Shown: positions 12,133 through 26,482 of the stretch, piece after piece
Numbering within the stretch: the stretch's first letter is position 1
Layout: every line of letters starts with the position of its first letter
Assembly: GCA_977017645.1 (NCBI GenBank)
Contig: OZ360221.1
Coordinates: 188,604,001-188,668,000 of the forward strand
Origin: Torpedo marmorata
Lineage: Eukaryota
Length of the DNA stretch: 64,000 bases
Direction of reading: 5' to 3'
Position numbers and translations under genes: made by a program
Notes under the pieces: generated by a model
The model's input: only the letters and a program-made list of their open reading frames with translations
Database searches by the model: none
What the model was told of the DNA's origin: nothing

Positions 12133-13605
12133 TAGGAGACAGCAAAGCTTCACTCCCAGATGAGCTCATTGCCTCTATGCCCAATTTTACCACCAGAACA
12201 AGGAAGAACCACTGTGCACCCCCATATCCCCTGATGATCCTCTGTTGTCTGTATCCGAGGATGACGTGTGGGCTGCCTTCAGGAGAGTGAATCCAAGGAA
12301 AGCATCTGGCCCAGACAGAGTACCCGGCCGAGTACTGAAAACCTGTGCTGACCAACTTGCCAATGTATTCACGGATATATTCAACATCTCACTCCAGCAT
12401 ACATCAGGATGTTCTTTATCGACGGAAATTCGGCATTTAAAACCATCACCCCCTCAAAACTGATCAGCAAACTTCAATACCCTACTGTGTAATTTGATTC
12501 TGTATTTCCTCACCTCCAGACCACAATCAGTGAGGATTGGCAAGAACATCTCCTCCACAATCTCCATCAATACCGGAACACTGGAATACTGCATTCTTAG
12601 CTCCCTGCTCTACTCGCTTTACACCTATGACTATGTGGCTCGGTACAACAATAACACCATCTACAAATTTGCTGATGATACCACAGTTAGTGGGTTGTTA
12701 AAAAAAAGGGGGATGAGACAGCATACAGGAAATCTTGGTTGAATGGTGTTCTAACAACAATCTCACACTTAATGTCACCAAAACCAAGGAGCTGATTGTG
12801 GACTGTAGGAAGGGAAAACCCGAGGTGTACGATCCAATGATCATTAGGGGATCAGAGGTGGAGAGGGTGAGCAAATTTAAATTCCTGGGAGTCACTATCT
12901 CAGAGGACCTTTCCTGGTTCCAACACACAAATGTTATCATGAAGAAAGGACGTCAGCGCCTCTACTTCCTTAGAAGATTGCGGAGCTTTGGTATGATATC
13001 GGAAACCTTGGCAAACTTCTAAAGATGTGTAGTGGAAAGTGTGCTGACCGGCTGCATCACAACCTGGTATGGGGACACCAATACTTCTAATCAGAAAGCC
13101 CTGCAAAAGGTAGTGGACACAGCCCAGTACATCACAGGCAAAACCCTCCCCACCATCGAGTAAATCTATGGAACTCTGCCGTCAGAGAGCAGCAGCAATC
13201 ATCAAGGATCCGCACCACCCAAGACATGCTCTGTTCTCGCTGCTGCCATCAGGAAAGAGATATAGGTGCCATAAGACTTATACCACCAGGTTCAGGAATA
13301 GTTGCTACCCCTCCACCATCAGACTCCTAAACAACAGACTCAATCAGAGACTCATTTAAGCACTCTTACTTTGCACATTATGTATTATTGAATATTTATT
13401 TTATGTATTGTACAGTCAGTTTGATTACATTTATTTTGTTGTTTACATTTCTGTCTTTTATATGCATATCTTTTCTTGAGTACAGTTTTGCGCACTACTG
13501 ATAAGTAGAAAATTTGTCTGGCCCACAGGTAAAAGAATCTTAGGGTTGTATATGATGTCATGTAAGTACTCTGACAATATATCTGAACTTTGAACTTTAA
13601 ACTTT
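12133..13605 (+). mobile_element. Rex1/Babar LINE, degraded RT
   Basis: [47 protein letters not shown] motifs; (GAACTTT)n tail. Confidence 0.85.
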
Positions 13606-13687
13606 AGGTGCTTTGTCTGGATTCTGTGTTCAATTAATGTGTTGAACTTAATGAAGAAAATGTTGAAATATTTCATACCACCTACCA

Positions 13688-15270
13688 TAGCAAGAGGATT
13701 TGAGTACAGGAACAAGGAGGTCTTATTGGAATTGTTCAAGTATATAATTTTAGACCTAATCAGAAGGGACTGCTTTCAGCCCTTTATGAACTACTTTTAA
13801 GATTCAGCGATAGTTCTTTATCTAACAGTAAGAAAGTTTGGGAATATGACTTTCAACAACTGTTTGCTGAAGATACATGGGAGTCTATTTTGAAAAATGT
13901 ACATTCATCCTCTCTCTGTGCTAGACATTCCTTATTACAATTTAAAGTAGTCCATAGGGCCCACTATTCCAAACATCAATTAGTTAAATTTTACCCTAAT
14001 ATATCCTCTAAATGTGATGTTGTCAACTCAGGAAGGTACTTTATATCATATGTTTTGGTTATGTCCCTCCCTTTGTAACTACTGGAAAGAGATATTTAGT
14101 ACACTATCTTTAATTCTTGATGTAAATCTGTCTCCGAGCCCTTTTATTGCTATTTTTGGAATGAGTGGACCAATGGACTTAATTTTAACTCCATCTCAAT
14201 CCCATGTAGTTGCTTTTACTTCCCTGATTGCTCGAAGGCTCATTTTGCTGCGGTGGAAAGATGTTGTCTCTCCCACGCATACACAATGGTTATTGGATTT
14301 GATGGCATCCCTCTCTCTAGAGAAAATTAGGTGCTCAACTACTAAAATGAGTATTAAATATTTTTCTTTTTGGGGTTCTTTTTTCAATTATTTTCAAAAT
14401 TTATAGATCAATTATTTTTGCTTGTTATTAAAAATCTTTTTTATTTTTTTCTCTTTTTCTTCATTTCCTGAACTATTAGTATTGAAATTAGTAGTTGACG
14501 CCTGGCTTAAATAGGAATCGCTCATATAATAGGTTGGGGTTAGAAATTAGATTAGTTGTAGATTTTTTTTCTTTTTTCTTTTCCTTTCTTTTTATCAATA
14601 ACATGGATCATATGTATCTTGTTTACTGTTGTTTACTATCTGTAATTTTATTTTACTTTTACCTGAAATTTATATCATATGTATCTATGTATTTGATTTT
14701 TTTTTCTCAAAAACCAATAAAAAGATTGAAAAAGAAGAAAAGGAATTGTTCATGGACTTGGTGACTATTGTGTGCATTTTTGGTCTCCATATCTTAGGAA
14801 GTATGTTCTCTGATAGTGGGATTGTAGTGAAGGTTCATCAGACTGACTCCCAGGACGGCAAAGGCTGATGTATGAAGAGAGTTCAGGTTAATGAGACTTA
14901 ATTGGCTAAAGCTTAGAAGAAAATTAAAGGAACTCAATTAAATTTATAAAATCACGATGGTTCTGGACGGACTAGATGCAAGAAAGATGTCCTTAATTGT
15001 GCGGATATCGGGAACAGGGATCATAACCTCAAGATGTGGGGAGGTCGTCCATAACTGAGGTGAGGAGAAATTTCTTCACCCGATGAGTGGTGAACCTGTA
15101 GAATTCTCAACAACAGAAAGGGGTTGAGGCCAAATCACTAAATATATTGATGTGAAATATATTTCTAATAGCTAAAGAGGTAAGAGCATATGGGGAGAAA
15201 GCAGGAACCTGGTACTGAATTTAGATGATCAAAGAGCATTATGGTCTATTCCTACTAATTGTTTCTATGT
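13688..15270 (+). mobile_element. Old CR1 3' fragment split by the L1 at 13739-14741
   Basis: CR1-like sequence (gcaagaggatttgagtacagg...; gagaaatttcttcacc...gtggtgaacctgt) lies on both sides of the L1. Confidence 0.65.
13739..14741 (+). mobile_element. L1-clade LINE 3' fragment
   Basis: C-terminal Cys-domain remnant (QFKVVHRAH, HMFWLCP, LSLEKIR), AATAAA and A-rich tail; 11-bp TSD GGAATTGTTCA at 13728-13738 and 14742-14752. Confidence 0.85.
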
Positions 15271-18200
15271 TTCAATGATGCATTTCAATCAAAACCAAGG
15301 AATAATAAGAATGTAAATTATAATTCTATTGATAAGGCACATTGTCAATATACTGTAGTTGCAAAGGCGGCTTTAGACAAAAGCATCATTTACAATTAAC
15401 ATAAGTTCTTTTATTATCTTTTTTTTTCAAACTGAAAAAATTGGGATCGAGCTTGAAAGAATCAGTGAGTTTCGCAATGTGAAGTTCCTAAATCAGATTT
15501 CATTATGTTATTTTATTTCCATAGCACTCTTGATAATTTTGGCAATCTATCTGGCGGCGCTTTTACAGTTAATTCTTATCGTTCAAAGTATTCACAGCTT
15601 TTACAAACGTAAGGCAGTATTTTCCGAGGTGTGATATTCAACTTTCTATTCCATCCCCAGAAATAGGATGCATTTAAATTGAACACAGTTCTTATTGGAA
15701 AAGTACATACTGATTGAACTAGAATCACTGAAAATCACTAGGGCCCTGTTTCCCATGTTCCCTTGAAGCTTAACTGGTTCACTGAAAAAATGATTATAAT
15801 ACTAGGTAATAGCTAAATTAAAGTAAATTTAAAACATTAGGCTATTAATAGGAGTAGCATTCGATAGTCCAGAAAATCTGTAAATCCGGCACCATCAAAG
15901 TCCTTATCAGACCAGATTATCAGTGTTTTACTCACAGTCAGTTATATAAATATAATCAGATATATTTTTTTAAATCCGTGTGCTTATTTAAAACTGGAAT
16001 CGGGAATTTGACGGTACAGAAAATATATCGGATAAAATTGTCAATCAACCTTGAGTCAGTTCTCTAAATGGGAAAATCCATTCGTCTTATTTTCTCTTCT
16101 CTTACAAGATATTTTAAGTATTTTGTTTAAAAAAACAATTACCTCCTTTTTCATAATGATCATGGAATTATTATTGTTTCTGGGAGACGACTGTATTTTT
16201 TGAGAATTTTTTTTCTTAATAAAATTTCTTTCAGAACTATTTTGTTTTTTTAATGATGATCCCAAATTCTTGTTCTCTTTTTATCAACTGAGCAACCACT
16301 GGAAAATATCTCTTGCCTGACCTCAAAATTTGGAATACCACAATTTGGCAGCCTTTTTGTCTTCTTTGTTCTTTCTGAATATGCAAAGAAAAAAAGTCAG
16401 ACCACATAGCCTCTGTGAATGTTAAATATTTTTTGAAAATCCACTGGATAAAAATATTATGGTGATCATGACAAAGCCATTAAAATGACAGAATTCACTG
16501 AAAGGAGAGTAAATTCACTTGTTTAATGTAGAATTCTTTTTAAAATTATTTGTAATGTCTCTGGCAATGTTTTCCAACAGAAGCCTGTCTGTTTCTGATA
16601 AGTCTGGAGCTTAAGTTCAGATGGCTATTGGGAGGAATGGGTGGGGAGTTAGCTGGCAGGATTTAAATGAAGCCCAGCCATTAAAATTGTCAAGGATTCA
16701 TTCTGCTGTGGGTGGGCAGTAAGTTAAGTTGCTGGCCCTTGTACTGGGTAACAGAATACTAAAAGCTCCAGAAAGGAATTAACTGTACTAGCTCACAGAC
16801 AGTTCGCCAACATTTTCAGAAGTGAGATGGAAATAAAATAACTCAGACAATTGATTCCAAGATGATGAGATATCAAAAATTTGAGAGGAATGAGGTGATA
16901 ATACGGATATGTTGACCAGCTTGTTAGAATGAACCAGAATTTTGCATAATAGAAGCTGGCTCTCTTTTTGTACTGAGAAACTCTTTTAATATCAACCAAA
17001 AGAAGGGAATACAACCAAAATGTCACAATCAAACTGTTCTCCTTAAAGATTTTTATTACATTTTTTGTGTGGATTAAGGTGTTCTGTGTTTATTTTGTAT
17101 TTCAATCATTTGCTGTTTAATTTTTATTTTACACCTTTTATTTCTTCAAAATGTTGAAGTTAGTGAACTATCGAACACAGACAAATCTCTGATTACTGGT
17201 TCAAATCCAAGCACAATGGCATTGAATTTTCATAATGCTTCCAGAGACCTGTTAATTGATTGCTGGTAAACAAGAAAATCTGCAGATGCTGGGGTCTAGT
17301 GCAGTCCACTAAAAGTGCTGGAGAAAGTCAGGAGGTCACGCAGCAACCACAGGAAGTAAAAGGCAGTAACCTCTGAAGTTTCCAATGCGATCTCCTCTCT
17401 GGGCCCCGGCCTTTCAAGTTCAAGTTCAAGTTTATTCTCATCTGCTTGGCACAGTATTTGTGTATTTCTGGTCAATGGTGATCCCCAAGATCTTAATGGT
17501 GATGACTTCAGTGATGTTATTGCCATTGACTGTCAGGGATAAGTGATTAGATTCTCTCTTGTTGGGGCTATTCCTCGCCAGGCACTTTTGCATGTGAACG
17601 TTAATTGCCACTTATCAGTCAATGCCTGAATGCGGTTGAGGTCTTGCTGCATACAGGTAACTCCTGTTTTATTCATTGAGGAGCTGCAAATAAAACTGAA
17701 CACTGTGCAATTATCAACAAACATTTTTGTTTCTGACCTATGTTGGAAGCTGTTGAAGTTGGTTGTGCCTAAAACACTGCCCAAAGGTAGTCATGGAATT
17801 ATTGCGGATGGAAACAGGCCCTTTGGCCCAACTTGTCCATGCCAACCAAGATACCTTCCTGAGGTAATGTTATTTGCCTACATTTACCCCATATCTGTCT
17901 AAATCTATCCTATCCATGAACCTTTCCAAATGGCTTTTAAATGTTATAATTGTGCCCACCTCCACCACTTCCCCTGGCAGCTCATCCCAGAAAATCACCA
18001 CCCCCTGTGTGAAAAATGCCTCTGGCAACAATATCCTTCAGGACTTGGCCAATTCAATGTGTCGGGGTGCAGCCTAGTCACTTGTGACGGTATGCATTGA
18101 TGTTCCCATCCAGTGAATGTTCTGTGACTTTGCTATTTTCAGTACTTCAACCAAGTGTTGTTCAGCATGGAGGAGCACTGATTCATGAGCCAAGGGAGGA

Positions 18201-18532
18201 TAGCATGTGGTAATCAGGACGAGGCTTCCTTACCCATTATCTGCCCTGATGCCATGATACTTTATGGACTCTGGAATCAACGTTGATGACTCCAAGGGCA
18301 ACTCCTTCCTGACTGTGCATTACAGCAATAACTGTCAGTCTTTTGATTATATGATTTAAACTAGAGCAAAATATTTCTGACAATGTACAGGGGCCATCAA
18401 TGCAGCAGAGCTGCTCACAATTTGGTGAATGATGTGCAGCAGTACCTGCTTTGCACACACAGGTAGTGACTGCACCTATACCTCTGGTGAAAAGATAACT
18501 GAAGAAGATCTGTTTAGCTTTTGCAATATGCA

Positions 18533-18770
18533 AAAGTGCTGGAGAAAATCAGCAGGTCACAAAGCGTCCATAGGAAGTAAAAGGCAAACAACATTTCGGG
18601 GCTGAGCCCTTTGCCGTGAATGTAGAAAAACAGGTAGATGCCTGAATAAAAAGGTGGAAGGAGGTGGGAGGTAGAGAGGAGAGGAGGGAGAAAGGAGAAG
18701 GGGTAGGAGTACAGGCTAATAGATAAGAGATAATAGGTGGATAAAAGGTGGGAGGTGAAATCTGTGCCAC
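18533..18770 (-). mobile_element. Degenerate Penelope-like 3' end (similar remnant at about 17270-17370)
   Basis: aaagtgctggagaaaatcagcaggtc hairpin region and decayed hammerhead-like acatttcggggctgagccct. Confidence 0.55.
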
Positions 18771-19502
18771 ACTTTATCACATGAATTATTGAGGAAACAG
18801 AATGGCTATCTTTCATTATTTCAGTCAGCTGCCTTAAATAACTAAATCTGTTTAGAAAGATGATATTAATATAACTTGTTTAGTTAAGGTGAGATCTCGA
18901 GCATAATTCTCACAGAAATTCCCTGTATTCATGTCAGACTCAGAGGCCTACCTATCCTGGTACCTGATTCCTTCTCCTTTGTGTTAAAGTCAATTAGTGA
19001 TGGGAACCTGCTCAAATATGACCCACAGTAAAAAGGTCATTATGAAATCCTGGTTTGAGTCCATTCTAGACTGAATGGAAAAGCATTATTTGTCCATGAA
19101 GGCCTTTCTGAAATGAGTTTCAGTAGCAATTGAATTCCTAATGAGTCCAGCACAAACTTATTCCTAATTACATCATAATTGTCATCAAATTGGCATATTC
19201 AGTCTGACAAGCCAGATGAAGCAGACTTGGGAAATGAAGATAACCACATGATTATGATAACTGAAAACCTTCTAAGAATGAGATTGAGCTAATCGGCTTG
19301 GGTCTTACATAGAGGCATCCCTTACTGCAGACCCCATAGGGATGTAACGGCTCGAGAGGGTTGATTTACCGTATTGTAATGTGACTTTGAATCTGGCACC
19401 ATCAATAGGGAATTCACATATTTAGCAACTGATAATATTGAAGAATTTTCACTGTCATCACCATCTGGATTATAATTCTCAATTTAATATTTTTTTATTA
19501 AA

Positions 19503-19955
19503 GCGGCAGAGAGCATCACTGGGGTCCTACCCCCCCCCCCCCCACCCCAACCCCCCACCCATCGATATGATTTACCGGGATTGTTGTTGTTTAATGAGGA
19601 TTTGCAAGATCAGGGAGGATTCCTACCACCCCGCACACAGCATCTTCCAGCTACTCCCATTGGGAAAAAGATACTGAAGTATCAGAGCCAGAACCACCAG
19701 TCTGAGGAACAGCTTCTTCCCACGGGCAGTGAGACTGCTGAATTACTAACTCTCCATGACTCTACTATTTATTTATTAAGAATATTTATTTTAATATATG
19801 TGCATTTGTACTGTGTATATATATCATTTGTCTGTATGTGTGTTATGTCTATACACGTGTTTTGCACTGTTTTGCACTGTGGACTGGAGAATGCTGTTTC
19901 ATCGGGTTGTACTGTTACAATTGGATGACAAATAAACTTGAAATTGAACTTGAAA
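19503..19955 (+). mobile_element. Rex1/Babar 3' fragment
   Basis: DSYHPAHSIFQLLPLGKRY motif; (AACTTG)-like tail. Confidence 0.75.
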
Positions 19956-20610
19956 TGTTGATATTCTTGTCAAATCACCTGAACTGTATTGAACTTGAAT
20001 GGATTAGTCATGATTTAATTGCTTTTGAGAAGTTCTTGGAGCCACATCTTTGAAAGACTGCAGTTCTTGTGGTGAAGGTTTGGCCATAGGTGATGCATAG
20101 CCAATCACGATGGCTTGGTACAAACTAAATGCTTGCCAGGCTATTTCAGAGGTCAGTTAAGAGTTAAACAGAATGCTGTGTATCTACAGTCAGGTAAATG
20201 TAGGATGGTGGATTTCCTTGCCCAGTAGACATAAGCAAAATTGATGTTTTTTTTCTATTTATCCAATAGCCTCATGGTAACAATTACTGATCCTATATTT
20301 TTATTCCAAAATTATTGAATAAGCTGAATTTAAATGCTCTCAATAACATTATGTGATTTGAACTCACATCTCCAGATCTTTGATTCAGGTCACTGTGTTT
20401 CTGTTTGCATAACAGCACCAGTCACAGAGAAGCTAGTTATATAGGCGGCATGGTTATGTAGTGGTTAGTATAATGCTATTACAGCGCCAGCGAACCAGGT
20501 TTCAACCTGGCACCATCTGTAAGGAGTTTGAACGTTCATACCCCGTGTCTATGTGGGTTTCAGAATCAGAATCAGGAATTATTGTCATGAACATGTCACA
20601 AAATGTTTTG

Positions 20611-21691
20611 TTCAATACCATTATTCCCTCAGTGCTGGTCAAGAAGCTACAAACTCTAGGCCTCTGTACCCCCCTCTGCAACTGGATCCTTGACTTTCTC
20701 ATCGGAAGACCACAGTCAGTATGAATTGGAAACAATGTCTCGTCCTCACTGATTATCAACACAGGCGCACCCCAAGGATGCATGCTTAGCCCACTGCTCT
20801 ACTCGTTATACACCCATGACTGTGTGGCCAGGCACAATTCCAATGCCACCTACAAGTTTGCCGATGACACCACAGTTGTCGGCAGAATCACAAACGGCAA
20901 TGAGGAAGCGTACAGGAGGGAGATATATCAGCTCGTTGAATGGTGTAACGACAACAACCTTGCGCTCAACGATAGCAAAACCAAGGAGATGTTTGTGGAC
21001 TTCAGGAGGAAGTCAGGGGAACACAACCCAGTCCTCATTGAGGGCTCAGTCGTGGAGAGGGTCACGAACTTCAAATTCCTGGGTGTCAACATCTCCGAGG
21101 ATCTGTCCTGGAGCCTCCACGTTGATGCAATCACAAAGAAGGCTCGCCAGCAGCTATACTTTGTGAGGTATCTGAGGAGATTCGGTATGTCACCGAAGAC
21201 TCTCGTAAACTTCTACAGGTGTACCATGGAGAGCATTCTGGCTGGTTGTATCACTGCCTAGTATGGAGGCGCCAACTCTCAGGACAAGAATAAACTCCAG
21301 AGGGTTGTTAACTCGGCCTATGACATCACAGGCACCAAACTTCACTCCATTGAGGACATCTACATGAGGCGGTGTCTTAAAAAAGCAGCCTCTATCCTCA
21401 AAGACCCCCACCACCCAGGCCATGCCCTCTTCACTCTGCTTCCATCGGGAAAAAGGTTCAGGAGCCTAAAGACGAGCACTCAACGGCACAAGGACAGCTT
21501 CTTCCCCGCTGCCATCAGATTCCTAAATAATCAATGAACCAAAGACACTGCCTTACTTTTCGTGCACTATTATTTATATATTTCTTTATAGCAATGTTGT
21601 AAGATGGTTATAATATGAATGTTTGCAGTATGATGCTGCCGTAAAACACCGAATTTCATGACTTGTTCATGACAATAAATTCTGATTCTGA
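20611..21691 (+). mobile_element. Rex1/Babar LINE, 5'-truncated, (ATTCTG)n tail
   Basis: FNTIIP, GAPQGCMLSPLLYSLYT, KFADDTT motifs; nearly identical to 41787-42526. Confidence 0.9.
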
Positions 21692-21948
21692 CATTTACAG
21701 GTGCAAATATTGTTATAAATTACATTTAAAAAAATAAATAAATAAGTGCAAAATAAGAGAGAGTGAGGTAGCGTCTGTGGATCATTGTCCATTCAGAAAT
21801 CTGATGGCAGAGGGGAAGAAGTTGTTTTTGTATCATTGGATGTTCATCTTCAGGCTCCTGTACCTCCCTCCTGATGGTAGCAGTGTGAAGAGGGCATGGC
21901 CTGGGTGGTGAGGGTCCTTGAGGATAGAGGCTGCTTTCTTTACACACT
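21692..21948 (-). mobile_element. Rex1/Babar 3' fragment, tail-to-tail with the preceding copy
   Basis: Reverse complement carries the KDPHHPGHALF...PSGRRY-type end and 3' UTR. Confidence 0.7.
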
Positions 21949-22672
21949 GTCTCCGGGTGCTCTGATTTCCTCCCATCCTCAAAAGACGTACAGGATTTGT
22001 AGGTTAATTGGTCAGACCGGTGTATTTGGGCGGCATGGGCTCAGGGTCTCGAAGGGCCTGTTACCATGCTGTATCTCTATATAAAAAAAATAAATGACAG
22101 AAATTACGGGATTTCCACGATTAAGTGCACTTGTATGGACACAAGAGGTTTCCATCAGTTTATGTGGTAATGCTGAATAATCAGACACCTTCATCATCGC
22201 AATGGCAAATAGCCACTGATTGGAAAGAGTGTCCAACATACTGTACTGATAACCTCACATAATTTTAAGGGCGAACAACTGGGAAAAAAACCCAGCTGAG
22301 CTGGTCTCTCCATTGGAAATCATTGTATCATAGAGTAATAGAAATATCACCGAGAAGGTCATTCAGATATTGCATCTATTATTGTCAAAAAAGAGCTGCC
22401 CAGTTTAATCCTTTCCTTTTCCACTTGTTCTGTAACCCTATGGATCATGGTGCTTAAAGTCCAATTGCTGTAAATGTGTTGAGGATGTCCACCTCTGCTG
22501 CTTTCAGGCAGAATTTCTAGACCTCTGTCACCCTCTGGGTGATTTTTGTTTCTCATCTCCCCTCTAATCCTGCCTCCAGTTACTTTAAATCTATGATCAC
22601 TGGTACTCTGCTTTACTTTATCTAGATTCCCCCTCCCCTTCCGCATACAGTAATTTTATGCACTTCATTTAC

Positions 22673-22918
22673 GGGGTGGCACAGTTAGCGTAGTGGTTAG
22701 CGCAATGCTGTTACAGCACCTGCCACTGGTGTTCGAATCAAGCGCTGTCTGTAAGGAGTTTGTACGTTCTCCCCGTGTCTGCATGGGTTTCCTCCAGATG
22801 CTCCGGTTTCCTCCCACCCTTCAAAATGAACAGGGGTTGTAGGTCAATTGGGTGTAATTGGGTGGCACGGGCTCATGGGCTGAAAGGGCCTGTTACTGAG
22901 CTTTATTTCTAAATTTAT
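22673..22918 (+). mobile_element. V-SINE
   Basis: Same head, V-domain and tail as 10289-10594. Confidence 0.85.
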
Positions 22919-23639
22919 AACTGCCTTCAGCCTCCCCTATTCCAAAGAAAACAACTGAAGCCTCTCCAATCTTTTCCCACAACATCCTTCAAAATTCCAT
23001 TCCTGGCAATGTGCTTGAAAATTTCCTCTGCACTCTCACTAGTACAATTACATCTTTCCTGTATCAACTTTCTTCAGTACTTACACTATGGCTCAGCTAA
23101 TCTTATATACTGTTCCAGCATAACCTCCCTATTCTTATCCTCATCCAAAGATAAGCTTCCTTTTAATCATCATATTGATCTGCTAACTTTTAGGAGCCAT
23201 AAATGTACATTCCAAGGTTCCTTTGTTCTTCCATATCACTCAATATTCTTCCACACTGTATATTCCCTTTCTCTTGTTGTACCTTCTCAAATGCATTGCC
23301 TCACCCTTCTGTGGAGTAAGTTTCATTTCCAGGGCAAGCCACAACCTAGCCACCTACATCCTTTGATTCTGAATGATCATGGACCTGAAACATTAATCAT
23401 ATCTCTTTCCAGAAGCTGCCCAAGCTATTGAGTATTTCCAAAGTTTTCTGTTTTCATTTCTTTTTTTTTTCATTTTTTACCTATAACTTCATACAGTTTA
23501 AAGTTTTCTTCCTTCCTGTCAAAGCATTCATATATTACAACAGGCAAGGGACCTGAAAATCATGCAACTCTACTGCCCTAGAATTGCAAAAACATCTCCC
23601 TTCCACTGAACCAATTTTAATTTTAATTTATCAGTAACT

Positions 23640-23865
23640 AAGAGATGCAGCACGTAACAGGCTCTTTCAGCCCTCGAGCCCGTGCCGCCTAAATACACCC
23701 GTGTGACCAATTAACCAAACAACACCGTACATTTTTGCAGGGTGGGAGGTAACCAAAGCACCGGAGGAAACCCAAGCAGACACAGGGAGAACGAACAAAC
23801 TTCATACAGACAGTGCTGGATTCGAACCTGGGTCACTGACGCAGTAATAGCATTGCGCTAACAGT
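23640..23865 (-). mobile_element. V-SINE
   Basis: Reverse complement of the same SINE family. Confidence 0.8.
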
Positions 23866-23976
23866 GCCACCCAATGCTCTAACCTTGCCACCCAATGCTC
23901 TAACCATGCCACCCAATGCTCTAACCATGCCACCCAATGCACTAACCGTGCCACACTTGCACTAACTGTGCTGCCC
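23858..23976. repeat. 21-bp tandem repeat (about 5 units) at the SINE 5' end
   Basis: CTAACCATGCCACCCAATGCT units. Confidence 0.85.
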
Positions 23977-24156
23977 AGTTTGCAACTCTACTATATATCC
24001 CATGGGCTATTATAATTTTTGACCAATGTGCCGTATGGGACCATGTCAAAAGCTTTATTAAAATCTACTTAAACTACATCAAACATGTTGCCATTATGGA
24101 CTCCCCTTGCTACTTGCTCAGGAATTTAGTTATTATTCTGGGATGATTACCCCTTC

Positions 24157-24600
24157 AGAACATAAGAAATAGGAGCAGGAGTAGGACATTTGGCCCATCG
24201 AGCCGGCTCCGCCATTCAACGTGATCATGGCTGATCTGATGATAGGCTCATCTCCACATATCTGCCTTTTCCCCATCTCCCTTAATTCCCCTACTATGCA
24301 AAACTTTATGCAATCTTGTCTTAAATATGTTCACTGTGGTCGCCTCCACTGCTTCCAATGGCAGAGAATTCCATAGATTCATCACTCTCTGGGAAAATCA
24401 GTTCCTCATCATCTCGGTCCTAAATCTACTACCCCGAATCTTGAGACTATGCCCCCTAGTTCTCGTCTCATCTACCAGTGGAAAAAACTACCTACCTCTA
24501 TCTTATCTATTCTTTTCATAATTTTATACGTTTCTATAAGATCCCCTCTCATTCTTCTGAATTCCAGCGAGTACAGTCCCAGACGATTCAATCTCTCCTC
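24157..24600 (-). mobile_element. CR1 3' fragment
   Basis: agaacataagaaataggagcaggagtagg... is the reverse complement of a typical CR1 3' terminus; ORF2 end remnant follows. Confidence 0.75.
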
Positions 24601-26482
24601 TGATTAATCTGCCTTTCTAATGAACATTTATCTTTAGAAGATTTCCAATCATTTTCCCACCACTGAGGCTAAATTAACTAGGCTGAACTTACTTGTTATA
24701 TCCTTTTTTTCTTTTATAAACAACAGTAAGGCACAGCAGTCCACTTGCATAAAGGTTGTAGTCAGAGCTTCTGCAATTACCTTCCGTGCTTCTTTTGACT
24801 GGGATATATCTCATCCAGGTGTGATCATTTATCTATTTTCAAAAATTATAATCTCCTTAATTCTTAGTCTTTTACTGATGTTTATCTCATCCTCTTTATC
24901 CTCTTTAATCTCAACATTGGTATCATCCTTCTCTTTTGCAAAGTATGCATGTAAGAAAAATGGAGGGTTATGGGCTGTGAGGGAGGGAAGGGTTAGATTG
25001 ATGTGGAATATGTGTAACAGGTCTGCACAACATTGTTAGCCAAAGGACCCGTACTATGCTGTACTATTCTATGTTCTATGTTGTATGTGCTAAGAACCCT
25101 CCTCTAATCATCCACCTCCACACATGTTACTTTTTAGTCCCAAATAACCCCTACCCTTTCCTTTATTATATTGCTCTTTATGGGCGCAAAACATCTTTGG
25201 ATTTCATTTATTTTAATTGTCAATATTTTTCAAACCCCCTCACTGCCTTCCTAGTTTTACTTTTAATTTCACTCCTAAATATTCTATACCTTTTCATGCT
25301 TTCTGCAATATTAAGCTCTTGCTGACTGATATAAGCTTCTTTTTCACTTATCCAATGTTCTATATACCTTGGCATCCACAAGATTCTACAGGTAGCAGTC
25401 CTGACCTTTTACTTTGTGGGGATATGTTTACCCTGAACCCTCTGAACCTCCTTCTGAAATGCTCTGAGAGTGATTTGCCTTCAAGTAGCTATTTTCAGCC
25501 TGCTATTGCTTAATCACTTCTCAGTCTGGTAAAATTGCCTGCACTGAAATTTAAAGGCTTTATTGTTATTTTATCCCTGTATTTTTCTGTAACTATCTTA
25601 CGTCCAACACAACTATGATCACTATCACAAAAAGTGCTCTCCCACTGATACTTCATTCCCTAAAACTAAATCCAGGATTATCATCACCACTACATTCCAC
25701 CAACAACTCGCCCCTGCTCCTCCACCCTCTTAGTGGACTCACTACTTGTACTGTCTGAAAAGAAATTCTCCTGACAGTAATTTAGGAATTCTGTGCCTAT
25801 ATATCTTGTACTGACAGTAATCCCAATTAATATGAGGCAATCCAAGTACCTGGACTGATAACTAGACGATCTCTTAGGGAATTAAATCTTCAGGGAATGA
25901 AATCTACCATATTTACCAGGTCCGGCATGTATAAAGATATATATGCCTCTGTGTCCAAATCCATCCTGTGTGGTTGACTCTTAAATGCCCTGCGAAATGT
26001 CCTATGAAACCACTTAGTTGTACCATTACTGCCACATTCAGAGAATGGGTAAACCTTGCCAGACCACCTAGTATCAACCTCGGCACTAAATGCAAAGTCC
26101 AAAGTCGCTTCCATCCAGATAACCTAGCAAAATCCTTCTCACAAGTATCTGAGGAGTGGTGACATCCTGCAGACTCGTCAAGGAACAATCTGATAGTCAT
26201 ACTCACAGAATCATACCTTGCAGACAATGTGCCAGATTCCTGTATCACTTCCGTGGGTGTCGCCTGACCCACCAGCAAGTAAAATGCTCCAAATGTGGTG
26301 GCATAGCTGTGTACAGACAGGAAGGAGTAACCCATCATGTCCTCAGCAATAAATCCAGACCCCAGAAGTCATAACGACAGGTCAAATCTAGGGAAGGAAA
26401 CCTCCTGATTACCACGTACAATACTTAGCAGATTAATCAACACTAATGCATGCTGGGAAACTCCGAAAAGAAGCCCTTAAAG

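Larger units (their letters stand above)
20443..22090 (+). mobile_element. V-SINE split by Rex1 insertions: head 20443-20559, tail about 21950-22090
   Basis: The V-domain breaks at ...atgtgggttt and resumes at ctccgggtgctctgatttcctccca. Confidence 0.75.

Noticed and set aside
15860-17050. Possible decayed DNA-transposon ends or coding remnants
   Set aside because: No clear TIR pair, TSD or recognisable protein motif by eye.
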